A stretch of DNA of 64,000 nucleotides from NCBI GenBank assembly GCA_000934665.2, contig KZ538197.1:1-64000 (forward strand), in the 5' to 3' direction. Below, piece after piece: positions 12,121 through 23,755 of this stretch (position 1 is the stretch's first letter; the number at the start of each line of letters is the position of its first letter). The stretch is from Catajapyx aquilonaris. Lineage: Eukaryota. Under the pieces are notes generated by a model. That model did no database searches. It saw nothing but the letters and a program-made list of their open reading frames with translations, and was not told the origin of the DNA. The translations under genes and the position numbers were made by a program.

Positions 12121-14503
12121 TTAGTCACGTTTCTCTGAATGGCTGCAACTTCCTGTGTCGATTGCTGGAGAATTTTGAAGTTCTAGAAAGAAAAAGCATC
12201 CTTTAGTTCTTCTGCAACCGGCTACCCAAACCGCAAACATGGTTCATACCTGAAACTTATAGGTTCTTGCCGTTGAAAAAATATCATACACTTGGTATCC
12301 GAGTCCCGGAATGGCTCCGGTTGTAGATGGAAACTCCAAGAATTTCCTCGGGACAGAAGCACACCTGTAGAAGAGACACGAGTCAACAATGAATGTGTGA
12401 TACAATGAAATATTAACCTTTCTTTCACCAGATATACAACCAAGAGCAACACTAAGTTACAAGTACATGAAAATATGATAAGAATGTTCTTGTTGTGGAG
12501 TGTTTCTGAAACCTTTTACAGCACTTATTCCTCTCATTCCCAACACATCAATTCACACAACTTATAGTTGTACAAAATCAATTTGTAACTGAGATAATTC
12601 ATTACAAAGATCATCTGATCAATGCACAAAACAATTTGAAACTCAGCTGCCAGGCACAATTTCCAAAGCAGCAAAACACATGGTAAAACCTGTTGACAGT
12701 GTCAAAGTTCTCCACTCAATTAGGCCTGTATATGTATATTTACTGCATATGGTGCTACAGTGTAAATGAGGTCAATGGAGAATTCCTTTGACAGGCCAAT
12801 TAATAGGAAGCAGAACTCATCATCAGCCATGTTGTTTTAATTGACATTCTATTGGTCTACACTTCATGGTATGAAATTTCACTGTGGCCCACTGCAATAA
12901 TACCTACATCATTAATACATTCATCAAGGTCTTTCACATGCACCAATGGGAAGCTGCATGAGATGACAAATCAGTTTGCACATATATTCAAGCAAGATTA
13001 TTGATATGACACATTTCACGAAGTTGACACATGTGAGGCAAAATGAACTAAGCATGTTGGATTGACAAGTTGGACATTCTGACAAACAAGGAATTTCACC
13101 ATGATTCATCCAAGATTGACCTAGGAGCTCACCCTCTAAACATCAAGATTAATCTAATTGTCTGACACCTTGTATTAAAATTTGTTAATCACAGGTTAAT
13201 GGTGTTCCAAAAGTAGTTTCACTAATTACCACATCTCTGACCAATCATGACAGTCAGCTGTCCAAGCTAACACTGTTGGCTGATCTCTTCATGGAATGTA
13301 TTACAAGGGCCACTTTGAAGCTTTCCTTCATGGGGCAAAAAATATTGACAATACACTAACATTCGAGCATCACATTTGTTAGCATTATTCTTATCATGCA
13401 GTTTCCCTTTTGTTGTAGACTGAATCTGGCCTAAGAAGTCATCAGAATGCTTATACAGGGCTGGACATCTTTCAGGATGAGACTATACAAAACCCAATGC
13501 ATACTGCTGTCACTCTATGGCAGTGGATCTTATGTACTGCAGTGTTCCTAAACACTACCTCTTCCCTGTTTGCAAGCTCCTAACAGTTGGAATTTCTCTC
13601 AGTAAGATGTCAAAAGTGGCCAGTCAATACTATTCATATACATGGTAAAACTATCTTTACACTTGTAAATCATAATTGGCTTATAATCTCTAGTGCAGTT
13701 CATTCCCTGTAAGGAAATCATGCAAATCAAATTTTTGATCACTCTCTCAAATCTTTGGCATGAAGGCAGGAAAAGGTGACTGGACAAGGCAGAGTAATTA
13801 CTTGAAATGCATGGTTTATTCCAGTGTACTTAGTCTCCAAGATCACTGGAGTCCCCTGTCCCACTTCTAGATCAAATTTCCAATGCACAGTCTGCCTCTG
13901 CTGACAGTGCTGTCAGAGGAATTCCCCATCAGCAACAGTGGCAACTTTATGGCATATGTACACGATGTTTGGTCCAACAGTGGGACAGGTGTCTCCAGTG
14001 GTCTTGGGAGTAAGCACACACATGAATAAACCATGTAGTTCTAGTCATTATTGCATCCCTTTCACCTCTTCCCCCCCCCCCCCCACAGTACATGTCACCT
14101 GTCCATGTTTGCATACGTTGAATGGCTCACTTTCACTAGTGAACCTCATATATTTGGCAGGTACATTTTAGATTGAGGCAGGTTACTCCCAAGTCTGACA
14201 GCCGCCATCACCACGAGATGGCTCAGGTTGAAATCCGTACGACCCAGCCGCCAAATTACTAATCGATTTTCCCACGATTTTCTTAATGAATTCCTGCCCC
14301 CGCTGCATTATCTGCATTCCTCTACTGCACTCCAGCTCGAGAATTTTCAATTTCCGCTTCCGTTAAAAGCAATGAACGCCCAACACATACGTATCGTCTC
14401 TCATTACACACACGATTTTATTGCGTGATTTTGCATCATCTTCGATCTTACCAACGTAAATTCGAGTCCGGTCATCGGTACAGATGCCGCATCCTAGTGA
14501 CAT
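12121..14503 (-). promoter_or_regulatory. eIF5 5' leader exons with spliced poor-context uORF (37 aa)
   Basis: Minus strand GCGTTTT-ATG-TCA at 14503, donor G|GTAAGA after 14452, acceptor TTTCTAG| before 12182, TAA at 12123-12121. Confidence 0.6.
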
Positions 14504-15250
14504 AAAACGCAACCTACATGTTTGTCCTCAACATTTCTCCCGATAATAGAACAACTAAGATAACGGCCAGGGATGCCATTATCTCACGACTGTCAGCAGT
14601 TGTAGTGTACTACAAGTACACGTCATTTACCGGCAACACGCCGCATATTTCTGTCCTCCCTGGCCATCTACCAGGTCAAGCAGTCCCATATCACCCACTC
14701 GTTAACCACCACACCGCCAGTCCCAAAATGGCGCATTGGGCGGAACTTTTGAATCGCGCATCTGGTCACCTGCTCCTATCACCACGACCGGCCTTTGTGG
14801 TCCTTGACCCCTCCGCAAACAACTCACCTGTTCTGGACAGCACCATATGTTTCGAGCGTGCAATGGGATTTTCTCCCCTCGTGACGTCTCCTAAGTGCTG
14901 ACCGCCTCCGACACTCCTGTCGTCCCACCCGCCCCCCACCCCCTCCCAACCACTCTTTTTAATATAATTATTTTTTGTGGTCCGGCTCCTCCTGGGTCCA
15001 ACGACACCCCCGCACACAATCCAGAAGGTTCCCCGTGCCAAACTGCACAAGCCGGGTTTTGCACGCATGCACTCAAATGGCCAAAAACTATCGATTCGGC
15101 CAACTCCGCACCGTGGGTGGGGGTGGCAGGGGGTAGACGGTCGGGCTGGGCTGTTGGGTGGGGGCGGTGGGCATAATCTCGTGCGTCAAATGGCGTCACG
15201 CCAACACAAAATGGGCCACCTTAGATCACAATAGTAGCTCGACCACAAGG
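14200..15250 (-). promoter_or_regulatory. CpG-rich putative eIF5 promoter and first-exon region
   Basis: Abrupt switch to CpG-rich DNA near 14.2 kb. Inr-like TTAGTT (minus) near 14556. YY1/Pho-like AAATGGC motifs at ~14725, ~15075 and ~15188. Confidence 0.5.
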
Positions 15251-16370
15251 GGACTGCATTGTCCAAATTCAGAAAGTGACGATATGTGCCTCAATCTAGG
15301 GTAGGTCCGTACAGAGTCGTGCTGGGCATTCATGGTGTCGTACTGGTAGCGCCACGAGCCATGGCTGCAAAAATGCGAATTGTGGCACCACCAGTACGAC
15401 ACCATTAATGTCCAGCATTGTCATTTTGGATGCATTTGTTGACACCTTCAGGCTCCGGAACGGCCGCCATATGCCCATAATGAAGATGACAGATGATCGG
15501 ATAGTCCACTTCACACCCTCCGCAAATGACCATTGGCGGCATGGCTCCGGGCAACAACATTACATGCCTCTAGGGGTGCTCCGATGGGTCTACACACGTG
15601 GCTCTTGCATGTCGGCCATTCCACGGATCCGCGAGTCCGGATTAGCGCTTCCAAAACGGAATGGACACCAGGAATAGATCTGTATATATTTACCCGGGTG
15701 GAGCGGAGCCGAGGCATGAACACGGTCCGAGGTCATTACAGGCTGCTCTCGATTACACGGGCCACCAAATCCGCGCCATATTTCCATGGAATGTGTACGC
15801 ACAAAACGCTACGGAAATTACGTGATGGCTTGCAACATTTCGGTAGGAAATATGTACAAAACGAGTAGTAATTCCACGTCAAGCCGGACGTCATTGTGAC
15901 GGCACCCAATTCTAGATTACATTTCTCTCCCCCAAGAATATGGCTAATTCCCGGTTTCAAAAGCTGGAAAAATAAAAACATGCCGCTCAACTGGCCTTGG
16001 GCAGTCAGAAGGAGAAGGGTCCTTGCGTGCCACCTGGAAGTCCCTGAATTATATCATGCTCGCGTATCAATACTTTTGCCTATGCTTAGCTTTCTTAAGC
16101 ACATCTCACGTCCAGAGGTATAACTTTCAACCTTAAACACTTCGGGCACTTTGATATTTACCCATATTTTAGCCCGGGTTTACTATTAGTTCTATGCACA
16201 ACACCTGCTGATATTCCCACAAACAACTGTTATCGTTATCACCCATCTCCAAACAAGCGTACAGGTATGCTGATAAATAATGTCCTCCGAGTTCTGTGAT
16301 GATGACATAAGCTGCTATAATACAAAGCTGCTATATACGTACTAGACCTGTTTTCCTGGTTGAAGGCGTA

Positions 16371-16426
<56 letters not shown>
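16371..16426. repeat. (ATT)n microsatellite
   Basis: Pure trinucleotide run. Confidence 0.95.
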
Positions 16427-16427
<1 letters not shown>

Positions 16428-17195
16428 ATCTGGATGGTTAGGTACATTTCGTCTGTACCTTGGGTGTGGCTATTTCGATTTCTATTCTCGTGACCTAGCT
16501 GGTGTCCTCTGCCATCAGGAAGGATTATGCAAAGTCTAATCTTGGCAGCCACTGGCCATTATCATCTCGTCGTCTGGCTTACTGGGTCGATGGCAAAACT
16601 GGCCATTATCGCGGATACCTATACGCCGGGGACACCAATAGTTGAGACACCATCTCTCAATTTGGCGGAGATAACTAGCACGGTGCGGTACACAAGCTCG
16701 CCTACGCCAGGCTCAGTTTCATTAATTTCTTGTTAGGGGAGTTTCTGTTTCCATTATTACGTCTGGTGGAACCAGATCTCTTGTTTTACGGTTGAGCTAC
16801 AGCATCCGGGTAAAACAAGGCCTTCTAACGAGAAAGCTCGGGTATCAGACGCAATAGATGTATATACCATAATGGCGTCAACTGCGCCAACATGGCAGGC
16901 CGTGGAATGACGGACGGGTATAGGTATGGTCCAACATGTAACTGGACCGTGCTCATCATTATTTGCATCCAGATTTTCAGGCACAGTTGGAGAAATTTTC
17001 TAAATCGATTGTTAGTGTTACATCTTAGCTTACATAAGCAGAGATGCCGCTTTTATCTAGGATCCCATTCAGTCGGTGCAACACGTGCGCAACTGAATTT
17101 CAAGATATGTATAGATGCGACTTGCCCGGCAGAAAAAGCTGGATATCCGCACATTTCTCGGTGAAGCTGCACGTCAAAAGACTACCTGCAGTTAT

Positions 17196-17460
17196 CGGGC
17201 GCCACGGGGGTGTAGTGCTTATCGCCACCCTTCCGCCTGAGGTCCTGAGTTCGATCTCCGGATTAGGAGTCGGATTATCTCACGTGGAAAGAGTTCCGAT
17301 GGGTTCTCCCCGTGTTTGTGTGGGTTTTCTCGAGATTCATCACCCGTTTCCTCTCACAACCAAGATCCATCCCAGTGCAGTTAATGAATCAAGTCGCATA
17401 TTGAAAAGATGATCCCCTACAAGGCCCCAGTGGGCCCCTGACGGGGCATCCTATTATTAG
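17196..17460 (+). mobile_element. tRNA-derived SINE with V-SINE-like core
   Basis: B box GAGTTCGATCTCC; core GTTCTCCCCGTGTTTGTGTGGGTTTTCTC..GTTTCCTCTCACA; tail hairpin CCCCTACAAGGCCC..GGGCCCCTGACGGGG. Confidence 0.7.
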
Positions 17461-20400
17461 ACTATATACAGTTCTATCAAAAATAGCTCACGATGTCAAG
17501 CATATATAAACAATGTAAGGGTCGAGAGAGAAAATATAGTAGATATTGGGAAGAAAGTACTTGTTTACTCTTGCCGCGTCATTTCGGCAGAAAAAGATTT
17601 CTATGTTTTATCAGCCCATCCCGTCACGTAACACGGAAATGAGAGAGAGCAGTAGGCGCATATTATTTACTGCACAGCTCTAATCAGCGCTCGCAATCAG
17701 ACATATGTACAGTGCATGATAGGTGATTACGTGGTGAAGCGACTCTTGGGCATGCCTTGCACGGCTGCATGTATAGCTACTAGCTGCTTGTCATTAGCGG
17801 ACCTTATATCCCTGCACGTCAAGGAAAAGGATCGGTGCAATGGCCTCAGTATGCACCGTACTTTTGTTTGCTATAGATCCGTCTGAACATGTCGCTCACG
17901 ATAAAACCCACTTCAACTGGAGAAACCCGTTCGCCAATGGCAAAATTCCTGCGTATAAGAAATATTTCCACGACCATATTATATCACCTAGTGCGCCAGC
18001 ACTCGCAATCTGGACATACTTGTACAGTGCATGTTGCGTCAAAGCTCCAATCGCAATAGTCCCATACATATCTGTTTCTATTACCGTTCAAGTCCCATTG
18101 ACGACGTATCAACCGGTAACAAACCAGTCAAAATGGATAGTAAGGGACACTTGAGAGCTCTCCACGTAGCTATCCTCTGGCCACTTCATCACCAATGGTG
18201 ACACCGACACTTGCGCAACAATACCGCTGACTTTATTTCCCGCACATGTTGCGTACAGGCCATATGTATCTTATCATCTAGTTCCCTTAGGTAGCCTACG
18301 CTACATTCACTTTTTATCTGTTGTCGCCACAGCCTTATAGCCAAGGTCATCTACTCGATATTCCAGAATCAGACAATTTCAACGTCAATATGTGTACATT
18401 ACATACATTGAAGCTGGGACACAGCAAAAAAACCTGGTTCAACACACAGGCGCCGACTCTCCCTGCAACGCTATCGATTCGGCTCTAACTCAGGGCAAGG
18501 GAACCCTTACATGAGCCCAACCCTACCCTGCCATTGTTTATTTTCAAAAAAAAAAAATGTCCCAACTTGCGACAAAACGCCGCCCAACATGACTCCTGCA
18601 ATTGTAAAAAAAATACATAAGCAGTCGGGGGCAGCCCCCATTTGATATTCTGGCAATGTTCCATACCCGACGGACACACATGAGTCGGGGCTGATTCGAT
18701 CAGAAACGAACAAATGGATGAAGAGGACTACACAATACCGTATATGCCTACTCCACAACTGCAATCGACTGCTGCAGGCGGCCATCATCCAGGAGTTACA
18801 ACTGGGCGTGTCAGCAGATACCCTTGGAAGAACCACGTGCAACAACCACACCCGATGCTTACGTGACACCCTGTACTTTTGCTAGCCATCCAATTTGCCC
18901 CCCCCCCCCCGCCCCATTCCCTTTAATATTATCTCACAAGTCAGCTTCCTTAGCTGCATTATTAGAGGGGTCCCCTGGATGTATGGATGTAAACAAGGAT
19001 GTGATTACACGGGCACGTCCTCTGCGAAGGACGGGGGACAGAGGTCAAGGACTTGCATTCAAATCTGACGCCTCCCACCCTCCTTTCTGGTTTCGATCCA
19101 AGTGGTATGAAAACGGTGCGATGGTCAAGGCTCTCCTTAATTGGGTCATACTTTTCAGACTTAAATACTCCCAGTATATTTTCTACACTCTAAATACATT
19201 ATTATGCAAATAATTTGAAGATTTCGTAATTGATATGGACATGTAATATTTTTCGGATAAATATTGAAATGCAAAATCTGCCCCCGCTCTTCCCATACAA
19301 AATCTCATTTCTTCTTTACAATTTGCGCTGATACGACCCGACCTAATTGCGCACATCCGCAGAAGACGGCATGACGCGTCTCTGGACTAGCTGCGATTGC
19401 CATTCTAGGCACTCCTGGGGCGGTTCGTTGACTCGAAACGTCCAAAAATAACGCGACCTCCCAGCGTCGGCGGAAGTAATGCCCCACAACTAGCCGAGAC
19501 TATACCCGCGACAATATGATAGGACCATTCCAAATTATGCGCCTGTCGAAACATTGCACATGGTTCATGTCTCTGCAATGTGTGGCTGGCCAATGTCCGA
19601 CCCCTAGCACGAGCGCTAATTAATTCGCCGGCACGTGGATTCATTTGCATACTACACTGGCGTTACATGAGGCGCCTCAACACGTCCGGTGCATCATGTG
19701 TAACAATGAACTTCCCACGCATCACCCTGGTTCCCACCAGCTCAGCACCGTGTCATCAGGCCGTCCCTAATGACACCTTTTGGCAATTAGCTGGCATATA
19801 CTTCGACCCAATCTGTCACTCCATCCGGCACCCCCGATTCAGGTCGATCAATTGGTTTGCGCAACCATGTCGGACGTTGCTAATGCGCAATGGTTCACCG
19901 ACATTCTCAGAATTTTCTGTGGGGCCGTTGCCATGTATGTCACCCACTGTACAATCCGCATTGAACCGCACTAGAACCGTTGTTGCATGTGTGTACCTGT
20001 ATGAACGGGTTGAGAATTCCACGAAACAACAAAGATGCCCTAGTGATAAAATATAATGTGAACTTTGCATCGGCACCCAGTCGACGTCCATGCTGATCAA
20101 GTGTTGACTCTCAGCATGCAACGCATGTTTACCATCGGCTAAGTTCGCACAACCCGAACCTCACGCGATATTGACACAAATCACGCCTGTTAATCTCAAG
20201 CGCTCCACAGGAATGTTTCCTTATGTCCCATGCAACAATGGACACGCAACCCCTACAGGAAGACTTACCTACACCCGAAGAGAAGGGTTTGCCAGCATAC
20301 ACTGACTACCCCCGATTTTCCCATCTCACAAATTTATCAAAAAATATATAATAGGCTTATTTTGGTGAATATACGTAAATAAAGCTAAGTAGCCAGTTTG

Positions 20401-20749
20401 TCAGTGGATTTGGCTTCCTGAAGGGCGATGATTACCTCCAGATGACATGAATTACACTACATGCTGTAGGTATCAACTACTATACAAACGAGCCATTCAT
20501 GATATCCGATCAACTTCCGCCTCTTTTGTCCAGCCACTATTTATAGCAGACGTTGGGCACAGGAGGTGCGAGGAATTGGCTCTATAATTCAAATTACAGT
20601 ATATTCCTGGTCCCTGCTGAATGCACTCATACAGTTCTATTCACAGTCAATGTCGCATGGATTGTTGATCTGCTACGGAGAATTATTAAATGAGGTGTCC
20701 TGGAATTGCACATTCATATTTTGTCATCTCCCTACTCTTAACACTACTT

Positions 20750-21150
20750 CACTGCACTAGTGGTGTAGTGGATATGGTGTCCGACTGCTAATCGGGAGGT
20801 CCTGGGTTCGAATTCCGGAGGCCGGCGATCCTGACCTTGGTTTTGTGTGGTTTCCCAAGGTCGCCCCAGGAATAATTTCCGGGATCGTACCGTAAAATAG
20901 GCCACAGCCGCTTCCTTCCTTTCCCTTCCCTGGAGGAGGTGCGGGTCAGTGGGGAGGGGGGTGGTTTCCTGACTCGCATCTAGGGAGTCATCTTGGCGAA
21001 CGGGCCCACTGAGGGACTGTACACGACCCCCAACCTGAGACATTGCACATGCACCAGTGTCCCCCACTCCTATCCCTACCCTGTCCCTGCACGATAGTGG
21101 TAATCCACTCCCCTAAGAGAGCCCATGGCTCTAGCACGGGGTATATAATT
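20750..21150 (+). mobile_element. tRNA-derived SINE, family A
   Basis: Head TGGTGTAGTGG..CCGACTGCTAATCGG..GGTTCGAATTCC. Body matches the 4165 and 32773 copies. Confidence 0.8.
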
Positions 21151-21293
21151 ATATACTACTTCACTATACAAAATCCAACACAATCTCAGATTTCCTCCTT
21201 AATTTGTGTTGCTACAACTGTGTCAGTAAGGGCCTTAATATCAGACACATAAATTCCGGCTGTATTTTAAAACCAGGTGATCAAACAAATTGC

Positions 21294-21642
21294 CCTTTTT
21301 TTTTTAGTTTACCCCGTGATGACCCTTATGGGTGCTATAGGGGGGTGGCATACCACCATCAGTTTTCTGTATATATTTTCTGCTTCATTCTCCGGTGCAG
21401 GGAAACAGGGACAATGGGAAAGGATAGGGATTTTTGGGGAGGGAACATGGGTGCAAGGTGCAATGTCGTAGCTAATGGGTCATGTGCTGTTCCCCAGGAG
21501 GTTAGGTTGCCAGACACCTCCTTGGTGCAGGTCAGAGACCCTCCTGACGCAGGTGAAAGGAAAGTTCCCCAGGCGGGGATCGAACCTGGGGCCTTTCACT
21601 CAGCAAGCCGAGACGTTACCATCACGGCCACCACACCTCCCC
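21294..21642 (-). mobile_element. tRNA-derived SINE, family B, with 12-bp TSD
   Basis: TSD CAAACAAATTGC at 21282-21293 and 21643-21654. B box GGTTCGATCCCC, poly-A tail. Homologous to 29712-30025. Confidence 0.82.
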
Positions 21643-21680
21643 CAAACAAATTGCTAATGTGATGACTTACATTGTGGAAA

Positions 21681-21780
21681 TCATCATCATCATCACGACA
21701 TTTCCCTATAAGGGGTAGTCAGTGATGAAGCTAACCCAACATAATTATGAACTAAATTAAAACTTGTAAAAATAAACCTA
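21681..21780 (-). mobile_element. Retroposon 3' tail with (TGA)n end
   Basis: Near-identical copy at ~38655-38765 (CATCACGACATTTCCCTATAAGGGGTAGTCAG..CTTGTAAAAATAAACCTA). Confidence 0.55.
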
Positions 21781-22099
21781 ACATGATGCATGATAATATT
21801 CACCTTGGCAAAAGTATTAAGGATGGGAAAAAATATGCTCTAGTCCGGTAAAATGGGTGGCTTATCTGTGAGTTCCACAGAGCGACCTGTACCCCACACT
21901 GCTGCGAACAATAAACAACAATCTGCAAATGTTTGGATGGTTCATTCTGTGGAAACCAATCGATAGGCCACCCAATATCCCTAAGAAAAGTGGTAACCTA
22001 ATACCGGATAGTATCCAATATTAGCCACATTTTCCTGTTTTGCCCGGTTTTTTGTGGACTTAGATTCATTTAGTTGTGAAACGTGACATTTTTGACGCG

Positions 22100-22345
22100 G
22101 ATACATCTTTAAAATCGGATCAGGGGGCATGCAGGCAAACTCGAGCATTACAGGTAAGTGACCATAGCTTAGCTAATATCGGATCCGCATGGGGGGGGGG
22201 GGGGGNNNNNNNNNNNNNNNNNNNNNNNNNNNNNNNNNNNNNNNNNNNNNNNNNNNNNNNNNNNNNNNNNNNNNNNNGGGACCGCTTTTCTGTAATGCTC
22301 GAGTTTGCCTGCATGCCCCCTGATCCGATTTTAAAGACGTATCCA
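22100..22345. repeat. Inverted repeat spanning a 72-N assembly gap (22206-22277)
   Basis: TCTTTAAAATCGGATCAGGGGGCATGCAGGCAAACTCGAGCATTACAG and its reverse complement flank the gap. Confidence 0.7.
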
Positions 22346-22649
22346 AGCATGCCCCCTGCATGCCCCCGCCATTACACACGAGAAAAGTGAAACATAATGT
22401 AGGTTGAGCCTGCAAAAGCTGCTGCTTGTGTCCCCGACACAACCTAATGTAATTTTTTCCATTGAAATTAGAGCTGGGTGATGCACCACCAACTATTTGA
22501 CATCGAATTACCCTAATTCCTATTAGATTTTTTTTTAATCGTCCATGAAATGCTTCATCTACAATTCACAACGGCAGTCCTAATATTCAGGGTTCCCCAG
22601 TCTTGTCTCACGGGTTCTGTAAAGTTGTTTGGGGTGGCGGCCACTCTCC

Positions 22650-23126
22650 CCCTTTTTGTGTGAGCTTAGCTGATCTCCCCCACCAAGGGGGGGTTTGTCA
22701 CAGAGGCGATGGGATCAGGAGGTAATACAGGTGGCACTGCCACTAGCAAGCAATTCTGAACAATTTTGGTCGATTCTGATTGGCTGGAATAGTACAGGAG
22801 CCTGTACAGCCAGTTAAAGGATTTCCTTTCCACACGAGGCGGGACTATTAGCCTCCAACGAGGTGCTGCCTCCCCCTGGTGCAATGACTTGCACTCCCCT
22901 AGCCAGCACCTCCATTGGAGGCTAATAATCCCGCCTCATGTGGAAAGAAAATTTTTTAACCAACAGTACTGGAGTAGTACTGTTGGTTAAAGAATTTTCT
23001 TTCCACAAAACCAAAATGGTTCAGTATTGCCCGCTAGTGGCGGAGCCACCTGCATTGGCTCCTGATACCAGCGCCTCTGTGGCAAACCCCCCTTGGTGAG
23101 GGAGATCAGCTAAGCTCACAGGGGGA
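22650..23126. mobile_element. MITE with ~120-bp TIRs
   Basis: TGTGAGCTTAGCTGATCTCCCC.. / ..GGGAGATCAGCTAAGCTCACA. A relative lies at 28838-29120. Confidence 0.75.
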
Positions 23127-23534
23127 GCAATGTATAAGGTATACGAGTGACCGGGGTCTGCTTCAGACCATGTCTGTCTATTCCCTTCTGTCATCATGTT
23201 ATCCACTTTGATGAAACTGCAGCGATTTCTTTTAGCAGCAACATCATGATGACAACACTGTCAATGATACCATTCAAATGAATCAGTCCAATTATGCACA
23301 ACTCAAGGAGGGGTAGGACTGTACCATGGGCAGACAGTACTAGCAGCATGTTATTTTTACCTTTCTGTATTTTGTTCTTCATCAAAAATAATGGTCACAT
23401 AGTGCATTCTTGTATTCCCACAGCTTATTTATACCATAAAAGGTGTATAACCTCATTCACGTTCTACTTTAGGATCTACACATATGCAACTGCTACAGAT
23501 TCTTGAATAATGCCTACAGAGATATAATATACTG

Positions 23535-23755
23535 GATTCAGTGGGGCTTAACGTCGGCCTATTTCTGCCTCTAAGGCTCAACACCGACGCCAGGGGGTGG
23601 TCCTCCTCCTGGAAATTTGGTCACTCTGGGGATCTTTAACGTGCACTCGCGCAATGTCACACGCACACGGGACCGAAGGCTTTACTTCCCCTCCGAAGGA
23701 AGGCGCACTCTCACTTTTCTACCACCCGGAGAAAAGTCACCGACCTTGGCCGGCA
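23535..23755 (-). mobile_element. 5'-truncated SINE with Deu/Nin-like core
   Basis: Minus strand TCCTTCGGAGGGGAAGTAAAGCC..GGTCCCGTGTG..GTGCACGTTAAAGATCCCC. Confidence 0.6.

Noticed and set aside
20755..20825. tRNA-Ser(GCT) gene
   Set aside because: It has an anticodon-like arm and B box but no acceptor stem or long variable arm, and runs straight into a SINE body.
23140..23350. Cys/His-rich minus-strand frame with TGA codons as a selenoprotein exon
   Set aside because: It is preceded by TAA stops, with no start, SECIS or homology seen.
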